Origin: a virus
Virus record (IMG/VR): IMGVR_UViG_3300037461_000748
Coordinates: 67,609 to 131,608 of that record
Length of the DNA stretch: 64,000 nt
Reading direction: 5' to 3' (one strand)
The notes under the pieces: model-generated
What the model saw: only the letters and a program-made list of their open reading frames with translations
Told to the model about the DNA's origin: nothing
Databases searched by the model: none
Position numbers and translations under genes: made by a program
In this document: one piece after another, positions 46,440 to 55,652 of the stretch
Layout: the number at the start of each line of letters is the position of its first letter
Numbering within the stretch: the stretch's first letter is position 1

Positions 46440-48835
46440 CTTTTTACCCTTGTGTAATGATAATAAATGAATACTTTAACGTCAACACCCGCTACTGAGG
46501 GCTTTTTAATTCCAATTAAGGCATTCGCCGGAATTGATGCTTGACTTATTGTAGTTTCTAGTACCGTGTATTGATTTGTTTGGTTTGTAGCGCAAACCAA
46601 TGCATCAATTAATGTCGTTCCTCCACCAGTCTGTTTTTTATAATAAAGACTAAGATCTTGATCATCCACATTACTGATACCCCTGATACTATCAACTGTA
46701 ATAGTGTAAGGATACTTATTACACGTAGGAAATAAAGAATCAGAGCTCATAGTTGAAGGAGAGTCAAATCCCATCGTTAGACAATCATACTCAACTTGTC
46801 CTGATATTTGACCACCACCAATTGTTACATCGCCATTATTTCCTACTTTAAATTTAGAAGTACTTCCTACCTGTAAATCCATTAAGTTGTGAGTTTTTCC
46901 ACGTAAATTTGTCTCTGTGGCGTTTGTAAAGATACCAGTAACAGTTCCTGACGTTATTCCCGCGTCTAAGTTAATAGTATATGGCATATTTATCATTGAC
47001 AAATCAACTGTTCCAGATGCTTTTCCTGTTATGATACCCGAAGCTGGACTAAAGTATAAACCTGCAAAACTATTAACAGCACCTATCGTATTACTTGTAT
47101 ATATATTTATTAACCCACCAGAAAGTCCAGTATCACTAAAAATAAATCTTGAAACAGCATTATTCGAAGCATCAAGACCAACCCCATAACCAGTTGCAAT
47201 ATGAAGATTCTTATCAAAAGAATATCCTAACCCTTGTGTACTTGTGAATGCCCATTTTGAATATATTGGATTTCCATTTGTTGCCAAAGATAAACCTAAT
47301 GATTCATTAGTTTTTTGCCCAACGTCAGAATCAGCATCTCCCCTAAGTGTTAGAGCTGGGACTCTTTGATTGACATTGGTACCAATTTCAACGTTGCCAT
47401 TCTGCAATACCATTAATCCTGAACTATCCGCACTTGACCATAATTTTCCATCTCTGTCACCAAATGTTTGCAGCAACGTATCAGATTTCGAATTGACCGT
47501 TAGCACCGCCCCTGGCACAGTCGTGCCGATGCCAAGTGATCCAGCTAAATAATTATTTGCACCAGAATCTGCGATATAGATTCCCCATTTATTAGTAATA
47601 CCAGCTGATAACGTTGGGAGATAATAACCATAAAAATTAGTTAATGTGCCTGAAGTTCCAGAGTTTTCTGCATAAAAACCATAGCTATTAGTCGTTGTTG
47701 TTCCTATACTTAAATTATAAATACGACTAAAAAAACCATAGTTATTAGTTATTGTTCCAACAGAAGTACCAGAAGCACCAGAGGCTGCTAAACAACCTGC
47801 CATTCCAGTACAAGTTCCTGGAGCTTGATGTATGGTTTCAAAAAAGAGACCTCGTAGTGCCACCGTATTAGTGTAATCTCCAAGTGCAGTTGTGCTCGAC
47901 ATGCACGAACCTTTAACAGCTCTATATGCTTTTGATGTTGTTGTCTGATTATTCACCTCTAAAACAACATCAAGAGCATCAGTATGTCCAGAAACAACTT
48001 CTGTTTTGTTATAAATAAAACCTAATTGATTAAAACTATAACCACTCACTGTAGCATTTGCTACATGCAATGGATATGAAGGACTTAATCCAATGCCAAG
48101 TGGTCCAGCTAAATAAGAATTTGCCGTTGATGCCGAATAGATACTATAAGCATTGTTAGTTGCTCCACCAGAGGCAGTAATGTTATTAGCAATGTATAAA
48201 GCATAGGCATTATGAGTTTGACCTGCATCTGTGCCTGTTGCATGGACTTTATTTACATACAGACCGTAAGCATTTCTAATGATACCTGCTGAGGCTACAC
48301 CAACTTCGTTATAATTAGCATAAGCGTTTGAGATTTTCCCTGTTGACGTAGAATAATTACTAACCAAATTGAAAGAACCGTATATGTTAGTTGCAGTCCC
48401 TGTCCATGCTGTTGCAGTCGATCCTGCTCCACTTAAAGCATCTAAACCAGCATAGCACTGGTTTTTTAAACCATATAAATTAGTGTAATTACTTCCATCG
48501 GCATCAGCGATGTTAGCAGTCATTGTTATTCCAGTATTACTGCCAGACGTTCCTCCAAGAGCTAATGAGTATATTGCCGCCCCAACTTGACTTGCTGATC
48601 CGCCTAATGTACTTCTTCTGTAAACTGATAATATTTTATTTGATGTTCCAGCATTACCACCTAAATAACTGCTGCCATCGACGCGGAGCCCTGAATAACT
48701 TATAAGTGAGTCGGCTGAAGTAATAGATCCACTAGAAACTATCGATGGGAAATATCTTATCCGATCTACCTGTGCCAACGATGGTCCTGGGATAATGAAT
48801 AATAATATTAATGATATTAGTATATAATTTCTCAT
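46436..48835 (-). CDS. Fibre-like/beta-helical protein with signal peptide
   Basis: Start ATG 48835 (ATGA overlap), MRNYILISLILLFIIPGPSLA-Q; N.YG.Y repeats; YLAG.LGIG repeats. Confidence 0.65.
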   Translation of the reverse strand: MRNYILISLILLFIIPGPSLAQVDRIRYFPSIVSSGSITSADSLISYSGLRVDGSSYLGGNAGTSNKILSVYRRSTLGGSASQVGAAIYSLALGGTSGSNTGITMTANIADADGSNYTNLYGLKNQCYAGLDALSGAGSTATAWTGTATNIYGSFNLVSNYSTSTGKISNAYANYNEVGVASAGIIRNAYGLYVNKVHATGTDAGQTHNAYALYIANNITASGGATNNAYSIYSASTANSYLAGPLGIGLSPSYPLHVANATVSGYSFNQLGFIYNKTEVVSGHTDALDVVLEVNNQTTTSKAYRAVKGSCMSSTTALGDYTNTVALRGLFFETIHQAPGTCTGMAGCLAASGASGTSVGTITNNYGFFSRIYNLSIGTTTTNSYGFYAENSGTSGTLTNFYGYYLPTLSAGITNKWGIYIADSGANNYLAGSLGIGTTVPGAVLTVNSKSDTLLQTFGDRDGKLWSSADSSGLMVLQNGNVEIGTNVNQRVPALTLRGDADSDVGQKTNESLGLSLATNGNPIYSKWAFTSTQGLGYSFDKNLHIATGYGVGLDASNNAVSRFIFSDTGLSGGLINIYTSNTIGAVNSFAGLYFSPASGIITGKASGTVDLSMINMPYTINLDAGITSGTVTGIFTNATETNLRGKTHNLMDLQVGSTSKFKVGNNGDVTIGGGQISGQVEYDCLTMGFDSPSTMSSDSLFPTCNKYPYTITVDSIRGISNVDDQDLSLYYKKQTGGGTTLIDALVCATNQTNQYTVLETTISQASIPANALIGIKKPSVAGVDVKVFIYYHYTRVKR

Positions 48836-49182
48836 AACATTGAAACTCCTATCAATCTCCAATTTGAACCATCATAGGCAAATTGGACTGTATCATTTGT
48901 GCTAACAGCCATCGTTAGGCCACCTTCTAATAATAAGGATCCGTTGACAAACGTAGTATTATTATCATTAATTAATACTACTATGGTCTTGTAGCTCGCT
49001 GTACAATTAAATCCTGATATAGCGGTTGGAGCGGAGTTATTAGTCATAAAATATTTTCCAGAATCGACATCTGGATAAGTATCTCCATCTGCAAAGTTAT
49101 TAAGTTGAAATTCTCCGGTATCAGGCAACCCACTAATGGTAGTGACAGCAGATCCTAAGTCTGGGGTTATAAATATAGGCAT
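48832..49182 (-). CDS. Small beta-rich virion-like protein
   Basis: ORF track; YDGSNW C-terminus. Confidence 0.55.
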   Translation of the reverse strand: MPIFITPDLGSAVTTISGLPDTGEFQLNNFADGDTYPDVDSGKYFMTNNSAPTAISGFNCTASYKTIVVLINDNNTTFVNGSLLLEGGLTMAVSTNDTVQFAYDGSNWRLIGVSML

Positions 49183-49187
49183 ATCAG

Positions 49188-49334
49188 TTAGTTCTCAAAT
49201 TTATTATTAAAGATAAACTCTTCTAAGGTAATAGGCTCTTCGTCCTCTTTCTTTTGTTTCTCTGCAAGTTCTTTTTTAATTTTTTCTTGCAGTTCAGTCT
49301 GTGTTACATCTTTATGTTGTGGACAAAGGTTCAT
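49188..49334 (-). CDS. Small hypothetical protein (48 aa)
   Basis: MNLCPQHKDVTQTELQEKIKKELAEK...; fills the intergenic gap. Confidence 0.4.
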   Translation of the reverse strand: MNLCPQHKDVTQTELQEKIKKELAEKQKKEDEEPITLEEFIFNNKFEN

Positions 49335-49350
49335 ATTTAATAATAACCTA

Positions 49351-49662
49351 TTATAGAATCAAAGTCAAGCTAAAAATAATTATTGCACCAATCCACGATG
49401 AGATCATGTCTTTATATGAGAATCCATCTCCACCCCAATTCATTTTTCCGATGAAGGGAAACCAGGTGTAATAACCATGCTCCCATGGTAACAGTGCATC
49501 CTTTACTTCCCATAGTGCCCAAAAAATCATCGATGCCAATGGAGAAATTAATGCTAATAATAGCCCTCCGATGAAATGTTGAACCTTATCATGCGCTAAA
49601 ATTCCAGGAAGTTTAAAGGTATCTTCTTTGCTATTCCATTTATCATGTGCAAATCTAAACAT
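49351..49662 (-). CDS. Membrane protein (DKxQHF motif)
   Basis: HDKVQHFIGG, WEVKD, GFSYKDM; hydrophobic. Confidence 0.6.
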   Translation of the reverse strand: MFRFAHDKWNSKEDTFKLPGILAHDKVQHFIGGLLLALISPLASMIFWALWEVKDALLPWEHGYYTWFPFIGKMNWGGDGFSYKDMISSWIGAIIIFSLTLIL

Positions 49663-49979
49663 TAAGTTCTTCCTACGCCAGTAACTCTTAAAGATACATT
49701 GGTTGAAGTTGCCCTAATTACAGAGAAATAGACAAACTGTGAATTATTAAGTGATACTGATGAATTTGCAGCTAAATATAAATCATTGGCTGTAGCAGTA
49801 ACACTTGATGTACCAAAGGTAACGTAGCATCCAGCTGCTGATATATTCTGAATTACTACGTCACTTACATTTTCATAGGTAAGTGAAGAGAATCCACCAT
49901 TTTTAGCTGCTGAAGAAGTTGTAGTCAATGTAATATGTTCTACGGTATTACTTCTTCCTAAGTTTTGTAAAAAAGCCAT
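49662..49979 (-). CDS. Small beta-sandwich structural protein
   Basis: Ser/Thr-rich; VVIQN..CYVTFG. Confidence 0.55.
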   Translation of the reverse strand: MAFLQNLGRSNTVEHITLTTTSSAAKNGGFSSLTYENVSDVVIQNISAAGCYVTFGTSSVTATANDLYLAANSSVSLNNSQFVYFSVIRATSTNVSLRVTGVGRT

Positions 49980-49997
49980 TATTATTTTGCCTCATAT

Positions 49998-50615
49998 TTA
50001 AATTATTAGCCATACTCCGGATGCAGCGGCTAATACAGTGATAACTTCATATTGCTGTGTAAACGTGTAAACATTGCTTCCATCAATTACATCGATTCCG
50101 GAGGCAACTACTCTACTTTGATGTGAAATATCCAATGCTTTAATTACGTAGTATGTTCCTAAGGCTGATCCAGCTGCTAAAGGTAAACAAATGTCTACGT
50201 CAACAGAAGAGGAGTCCAATCCAATTACTACGTCATCACCAGTTATTACATAATCTGTAAGTGTCTCATGATAACTTACATAATTTCTTGGAAACCACGA
50301 TGCCTTTCCATCAGCATCAGATGTAAGTGTCTTGCCTTCACCAGCATTTTCCTGGATCTGTAAACCTGATATTATTACATTATCATGAATCGGTAATAAG
50401 TACTCTACGTACCGGATCTCCTCCAGATGGTCATGACCAACTTCAGAAAAAACCTTCCATCTTCTCTGATATTCATCCCAAATTTGCGTAGTCTTATTTT
50501 GTTCATCATACCAAATTTGACCTGCGATAGGATCCTTAGGAGGTATACCAAGAGAAGCATCATTATTTTTATTAGAGTAATTAGCCATAAACTTCAATGT
50601 TATATAATGGATCAT
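49998..50615 (-). CDS. Fibre/whisker-like protein
   Basis: PIAGQIWYD, GKTLTSDADGKASW, ICLPLAA..YYVIK..IDG. Confidence 0.6.
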   Translation of the reverse strand: MIHYITLKFMANYSNKNNDASLGIPPKDPIAGQIWYDEQNKTTQIWDEYQRRWKVFSEVGHDHLEEIRYVEYLLPIHDNVIISGLQIQENAGEGKTLTSDADGKASWFPRNYVSYHETLTDYVITGDDVVIGLDSSSVDVDICLPLAAGSALGTYYVIKALDISHQSRVVASGIDVIDGSNVYTFTQQYEVITVLAAASGVWLII

Positions 50616-51378
50616 CTGCCATAATTAGAGCCAGATGAACCTTCTGTTCTAATATCTTATTCAGTTTCCTTACACTTCGTACATTTTGTACTACCCAACG
50701 ATCATTATTGTCATCTACGATGACATCGTTAGCTTTTATCAATGGGAAATTTAACATGAATAATAATGTGTCTGATGGCATAAAATTACCAAACATCGTA
50801 ATTTCCTGGAACGTAGGAGAGTCATTAGTCATCGCATCGAATGATATCGGATCAAAATAACCATCTATCCATCCAGTTCCATGACACATCGTGCAATTAC
50901 TTTCCGTAACACGAAAAGAAATAGGATCCCAACATTCCGTGCACCTTGATCCCATCGTATGCCTTTTTAGTAGATAAAAAGTTCTTCCAACTTTTTTATT
51001 TAGAGCCAGAGTTTTACGTCTTATAATTTCCAAATACGCTCGATCCACATTGCCAGGCTTATTAAGATAAGCCGGAATATCAGGCTCGACGGCATACTCC
51101 AATGTAGAAATATTAGTAATTTTTAATTTGTAATACCAATCTCTATTATGATGGAAATATCCTGATACTGATGTATCGATGTATGATACAGTCGTCGCTG
51201 ATAATCCTGATGCAATCAATGTGTACTCAGATAAATCTGTTCCTGCAATTGGAGCCTCTGACCTATAAACGTCGATGATGTATCCTGATAATGATTCTGC
51301 CGTAGATCCATAGTCCCAAGACAGAGCTAGATCATTTACACGATATGCATCTACATTGAGAGTATCCAGGGTAATCAT
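50581..51378 (-). CDS. Putative head-closure/neck protein with Zn finger
   Basis: FN3-like N-terminus; RCTECWD..CTMCHGTGW; position between head and tail genes. Confidence 0.55.
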   Translation of the reverse strand: MITLDTLNVDAYRVNDLALSWDYGSTAESLSGYIIDVYRSEAPIAGTDLSEYTLIASGLSATTVSYIDTSVSGYFHHNRDWYYKLKITNISTLEYAVEPDIPAYLNKPGNVDRAYLEIIRRKTLALNKKVGRTFYLLKRHTMGSRCTECWDPISFRVTESNCTMCHGTGWIDGYFDPISFDAMTNDSPTFQEITMFGNFMPSDTLLFMLNFPLIKANDVIVDDNNDRWVVQNVRSVRKLNKILEQKVHLALIMADDPLYNIEVYG

Positions 51379-51824
51379 TAACTGCTGACCTCGTAAGTAT
51401 CATATGAATATTCTGATGCAACTTCACCATAACATTGATCAATATTATGAGTACGCTTTATACTTTGAACCGATCGTAAATACTTATTAATTAATACATT
51501 GAAATAATTAATGTATCTGCCGTATTTATCATAATCTGATACTGATACTCCACCAGCATCACTATACGTGAGCATGTTACGGGCTGATAATATTCCCTTT
51601 CCAATCAGAATTTGAATTGTCGCACCAAATTTTAATGCATTCCAAGATGGAATTGAGTCGATGGTCCACGATGTTTCAGGTTCAAATTCTTCATTTATTT
51701 CCTCTAATGCATCTTCGATGGCACTACGTAAATAATCATCCGAGCTTTCCTCAGCACCATTTAATACATTTAGTTCTACTGTATCATTTAAGAATTTTCG
51801 CAGTTTATCAATTTTACTTACCAT
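51378..51824 (-). CDS. Putative head-tail adaptor
   Basis: Start moved to ATG 51824 (GAGGA upstream; promoter at 51865-51893); LRKFLND..N.L, YSDAGGVSV. Confidence 0.55.
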   Translation of the reverse strand: MVSKIDKLRKFLNDTVELNVLNGAEESSDDYLRSAIEDALEEINEEFEPETSWTIDSIPSWNALKFGATIQILIGKGILSARNMLTYSDAGGVSVSDYDKYGRYINYFNVLINKYLRSVQSIKRTHNIDQCYGEVASEYSYDTYEVSS

Positions 51825-51864
51825 GTTAATAATTTCCTCTTTGATCAAAAATATCCACAATTAA

Positions 51865-51893
51865 AATATAAATACTTTGATACGTAAAGTCAA
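51865..51893 (-). promoter_or_regulatory. Sigma70-like promoter for neck/tail operon
   Basis: TTGACT-17-TATATT. Confidence 0.6.
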
Positions 51894-51904
51894 GATCTTT
51901 TAAA

Positions 51905-51918
51905 TTCGGTATAAGAAT
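51905..51918 (+). promoter_or_regulatory. TTCGGTATAAGAAT motif, copy 3
   Basis: Same core as copies 1 and 2; no sizeable ORF follows. Confidence 0.5.
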
Positions 51919-51956
51919 ATTGAATAGATTTAGGGTGACATTTTGATCCTTACAAG

Positions 51957-51984
51957 AAAAGAGGGGTGATATACCTCTCTTTTT
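51957..51984. terminator. Terminator-like hairpin
   Basis: AAAAGAGGGGT-gatat-ACCTCTCTTTT. Confidence 0.65.
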
Positions 51985-52083
51985 ACATTAAGAATAATGA
52001 AGTTCACCGCCCGGATATTTATTTTATCTGGGCGATGAAGTAATTTTATAATTTTTACATTAAGAATTGAATAATGAGGGACA

Positions 52084-52608
52084 TTATTTCATCGGTCCCC
52101 ACAATGTGAAGTGGTGAGAATTTTTTAACTTATATCCTAATACCTGATTAACATTGACTAATATATCATTACCGGAATTAACGATGGATGATATAGCTTC
52201 AATTTCCACTAATATTCCATTAATGAAAAACAACCATTTATTAAGATCATCAGCTGTTCCAGCCACATGAAAACCATCATCGATATTAACACCTACGAAG
52301 CGACAAGTGTCCTTGTCCACATACTGCCCTGATTTATGAGTGATAGCATTAAACCAATCTCCTACGCTACCTACTCCTGATACAGTAATCTTAAGATTAT
52401 CAATTTGATCCTGAATGTTATCATAGGCCCCTTGTACGAAGTTCATTTCTCCAGCAGTAAGTACCACCGGTACTCCGTCAATTTGCAAAGCATTTTGTAT
52501 TACATTGATAATTCCACTGTTAACGATGTCAATGATTCCCGACACTATCAGCGAATGATCAATGTCAACAGCCAACGTAGTCTGCCTGGAAAGGTCTATT
52601 TTTGCCAT
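52084..52608 (-). CDS. Hypothetical virion protein
   Basis: MAKIDLSRQ start; FFINGILVE. Confidence 0.55.
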   Translation of the reverse strand: MAKIDLSRQTTLAVDIDHSLIVSGIIDIVNSGIINVIQNALQIDGVPVVLTAGEMNFVQGAYDNIQDQIDNLKITVSGVGSVGDWFNAITHKSGQYVDKDTCRFVGVNIDDGFHVAGTADDLNKWLFFINGILVEIEAISSIVNSGNDILVNVNQVLGYKLKNSHHFTLWGPMK

Positions 52609-52609
52609 G

Positions 52610-52987
52610 TCATTCTACCTCATGATATGATATAAAAATTTCGTCATCATCGTCGAGAGACGTGATAGTACCCCCGGCCCGTGCATCTCTAAAATATACG
52701 TTCTTATCATCTATGTAAAAATCAGATCCAGAGGAAGAATCAGTCTGATTAATATTACTATTGTAATATACTCCATTGAGACCAACTTGTACTGATCCTA
52801 ACAACAACGTAGAGCTATTCTCAAAAATTTTAAATCTGTAACATCCTACGTGTACCTGCTCGGCTTCTTTACCTTTGAAAATCTTGAACTTTCTTTGTAG
52901 TACATTTGATACTTGATTTACAAGAGCATTCAGCTGTTCGGACGTCAATTCTACATTAGCGCCTGGTTGACTGACGTGTATGCCCAT
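52610..52987 (-). CDS. Hypothetical virion protein
   Basis: SVQVGLNG..DF..DDEIFISY. Confidence 0.55.
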   Translation of the reverse strand: MGIHVSQPGANVELTSEQLNALVNQVSNVLQRKFKIFKGKEAEQVHVGCYRFKIFENSSTLLLGSVQVGLNGVYYNSNINQTDSSSGSDFYIDDKNVYFRDARAGGTITSLDDDDEIFISYHEVE

Positions 52988-53011
52988 CTCTCACGATGAC
53001 AATGGTTTAAC

Positions 53012-53050
53012 AATAAAAAGGCTGGGGACATAAAATAATGCACCCAGCCT
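53012..53050 (-). terminator. Rho-independent terminator after MCP
   Basis: AGGCTGGG...CCCAGCCT followed by TTTTATT on - strand; extra hairpin at 53061-53078. Confidence 0.75.
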
Positions 53051-53090
53051 CCAGTTCATTGGGAGACTAAGTCTCCCCGATGATTTAAGT

Positions 53091-53987
53091 TTAGCTAAGA
53101 GTAATCTTAGCGCAAGATTTGGTATTACCAATACCAATCCCGATGCTTTCGTAAGCTGCGAATGTAATGATATTCTTTTTCTTTTCGATCCAGAACTTAG
53201 TATCATTCAATACTAAGAATTGACCCATGAAATCTTGATGCGTGAAAGCATAGATTTTTCCATCAAGCAATGATACTTTATTGCTGACGATGAGTCTACG
53301 ACCGAATAATGTTGAATAAGTATATCCATTTACAGTAGTTTCACTACCTACGGCATCACCAACTGTACTCGCATCGTACAAGAACAATCGGTTGAACATC
53401 TTACTATCCATGAGGATAACTTCTGTTCTAAGTTCGTTTCCATCTAATACGTCAAACAGTTTTTTAAAATCAGACTTTTTGACAGAGTCATCTGAGTCGT
53501 AAGAACCTGACACTGCAGATCCTTCTACGGCGATGGCTGCGTCAATCTGTCCAATGAAGCTTTCGTCTTCAACTTTTTGAATGTCTAATACAGAATTTTT
53601 TTCAATAACTTCTGTTAAAGGCATTTCATAGGCAAGAAGTTCTTCTTCAGTCTTCTGAAAGTCCTCTGAACTAACCATGAAGAAAGGAATTTCGAATCTC
53701 TCGCCTTCGATGTAGTTGAAATCAGGCTCGCCACGGAAGTTCACGGTCATTGCCCGAGAATCCGGTTCGATGTCGACGATTTTGACTAAGCCGTCATGGT
53801 TTACTGATCTTTGAAGATCAGCTTTAGTTACGTATTGAGGTTGAATAACTTTGCGAGCAAAGCTAACCTCACGTAGCTTTTGTCGTACAAATGCACTACC
53901 CTCTTGGGCTACCTTGTCTAACCCTTCAGGAGTGTTCAACTTTTGCACGAACAATTCGTTCAATGTTGCAGCTGATAAATTTTCCAT
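53091..53987 (-). CDS. Major capsid protein (HK97 fold)
   Basis: 298 aa; follows scaffold and decoration genes, strong SD, terminator after; KLRE.SFARK, I.K.ED..F, FAAYESIGIGIGN. Confidence 0.75.
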   Translation of the reverse strand: MENLSAATLNELFVQKLNTPEGLDKVAQEGSAFVRQKLREVSFARKVIQPQYVTKADLQRSVNHDGLVKIVDIEPDSRAMTVNFRGEPDFNYIEGERFEIPFFMVSSEDFQKTEEELLAYEMPLTEVIEKNSVLDIQKVEDESFIGQIDAAIAVEGSAVSGSYDSDDSVKKSDFKKLFDVLDGNELRTEVILMDSKMFNRLFLYDASTVGDAVGSETTVNGYTYSTLFGRRLIVSNKVSLLDGKIYAFTHQDFMGQFLVLNDTKFWIEKKKNIITFAAYESIGIGIGNTKSCAKITLS

Positions 53988-54005
53988 TATTATTACACTC
54001 CTAAA

Positions 54006-54443
54006 TTATACAGACACAAATTCGATGACTGTATGAGTTCTTCCAAGATGACTAATTGTATGAGAGGCTTTTGTACAGAACGCTGCGATGACATCAGAAC
54101 CATACGTGCCAACTGCCAACTTACCGTTTGTTCCAACTCTAAGAGCATTACCAATTGCAGGAGTTCCTGTAAATTGATCTGTTAAGGCTCTCATGCGGCC
54201 AAACACTACTGTAAGTTTGCCAGTTGCCCCTACGTCCGGTGTCCAAGAACCTTGAGTTCCATCGCGGTATGATTCGGTCCATACGGTACCAAATGAATAC
54301 TCGCCAGCTGCTGCTGGTAAATCGATGATATCAGAAGCAATCTTCTTTACCCAAGATCCAGTGTATCCCGATGCGATGAGGCCTGCAGTGGCTTCAAAAT
54401 CCTGACGGTTAAGCAGATTCAAATTTGTTAGAATTCTAAGCAT
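54006..54443 (-). CDS. Putative capsid decoration protein
   Basis: Immediately before MCP; GKLTVV.G..TDQF..IG..L.V..GKL. Confidence 0.6.
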   Translation of the reverse strand: MLRILTNLNLLNRQDFEATAGLIASGYTGSWVKKIASDIIDLPAAAGEYSFGTVWTESYRDGTQGSWTPDVGATGKLTVVFGRMRALTDQFTGTPAIGNALRVGTNGKLAVGTYGSDVIAAFCTKASHTISHLGRTHTVIEFVSV

Positions 54444-54484
54444 TTAAGCTTTTCCTCCGCTATTACACCTTGATTAATTAATTA

Positions 54485-54808
54485 TTACCAATCCTCTAAC
54501 AAACACGCTGTTAGGGGATCATAGCCTGACGAATCAGGCTTTTCACCTATTACTCCGAAGTTGAATACACCAGAGCCAACGTGAAGTTCAGCGGCCTTCT
54601 CTAGTATGTTCAACTCATTTTTGCTTTTTGCAGTAAGGTCATTATAAAGTGATTCCAAGTTCTCTGCTGAAACACTGCCTTGCTTATAAAGTTGAAACAT
54701 TAATTTTATAGCTGTGCGCAATGATTCATTATCAGATGCTAACTTTTCGTTCTCATCTTGTAATGATCTTATAGCTTCTGCTGCATTCTTAGCTAACTCG
54801 GATTTCAC
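54485..54808 (-). CDS. Coiled-coil scaffold/core protein
   Basis: Helical; LAKNA, LEKAA motifs. Confidence 0.55.
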   Translation of the reverse strand: MKSELAKNAAEAIRSLQDENEKLASDNESLRTAIKLMFQLYKQGSVSAENLESLYNDLTAKSKNELNILEKAAELHVGSGVFNFGVIGEKPDSSGYDPLTACLLEDW

Positions 54809-54822
54809 TTAATTACTTCCTC

Positions 54823-55125
54823 TTACTTTTCTTCTGCTTCTTTAGTCTGAAGTTCTTCGATGAAGGCACGAGCCATTACTCGGCCAGCTTCTTGCCATTC
54901 GGCAACTTTAGCTTCTTCAGCTTCAATGGTTTTGTCATTTATAAACATTTTTTCTGCAAGTTTTTCTACGTCGGCTTCAGTATAATCGTCGCCGTACTCT
55001 GCAGCTAATAATTGGTCTGCCGCCTCAGCATACTTACAAAGTTCTACCGCCCTATCTTCAGCGATTTCTGCTTCTTCGGCCTCTTTAACCATTTGGTTAT
55101 AAACGTCTAATAGTTTTGTACTCAT
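54823..55125 (-). CDS. Acidic scaffold/core protein
   Basis: Glu/Ala-rich; GRVMARAF. Confidence 0.6.
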   Translation of the reverse strand: MSTKLLDVYNQMVKEAEEAEIAEDRAVELCKYAEAADQLLAAEYGDDYTEADVEKLAEKMFINDKTIEAEEAKVAEWQEAGRVMARAFIEELQTKEAEEK

Positions 55126-55146
55126 TATAATTATTAAACCTCCCGA

Positions 55147-55647
55147 TTAATTTTGTCCGTAAAAGCGATTGTACAGATTAGTTAAAATTCGTGTTCCTGC
55201 TTCTTCGGCTTCCTTTGTTTCTTCGGCAACTCCTTCGACAATTTCTGCTTCTGCATCTTCTTCAGCTGCAGAAAGTTTTTTTAATTCGTCGAAAAAACCA
55301 CGTGCCATAATTCTTCCTTGTACATCAAGCTCTTCAGCTTGTTTACGAAGATCTGAATCTTCACTTTTTTCTTCGGCTTCAGCTTCCTTGGTTTCTTTAA
55401 CTTCTTCAGCTTCTTCAACTTCTTCGTTCGCTTCTAAAGCTTCATCTACCTTTTTTTCAGCTTCCATTTTTTCTTCGGCAGCTTCTTCAGCTTCCTTTGA
55501 TTCTTCGGCAGCTTCTGCTTCGGCTTCAGCTTCTTTCTTTTCCTCGACTTCCTCAGTCTTTTTGCCTATTAAATTTTCTTTGAAAATTTCTTCAGCTGTT
55601 TTTTCATTTTCTAGAGAAGCCAGGATTTCGTCAATGTTTAATCCCAC
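55147..55647 (-). CDS. Acidic scaffold protein
   Basis: KEAE repeats; GRIMARGF. Confidence 0.65.
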   Translation of the reverse strand: MGLNIDEILASLENEKTAEEIFKENLIGKKTEEVEEKKEAEAEAEAAEESKEAEEAAEEKMEAEKKVDEALEANEEVEEAEEVKETKEAEAEEKSEDSDLRKQAEELDVQGRIMARGFFDELKKLSAAEEDAEAEIVEGVAEETKEAEEAGTRILTNLYNRFYGQN

Positions 55648-55652
55648 GATTG

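Noticed and set aside
51825-51860. Track start of ORF 51378..51860
   Set aside because: Overlaps the predicted transcription start of the TTGACT-17-TATATT promoter; ATG 51824 has an SD.
55200-55560. ttcttcggc/ttcttcagc repeats as a CRISPR or tandem array
   Set aside because: Irregular codon-level repeats from AEE/KEAE peptides; no constant repeat-spacer period. No CRISPR array was seen in the window.
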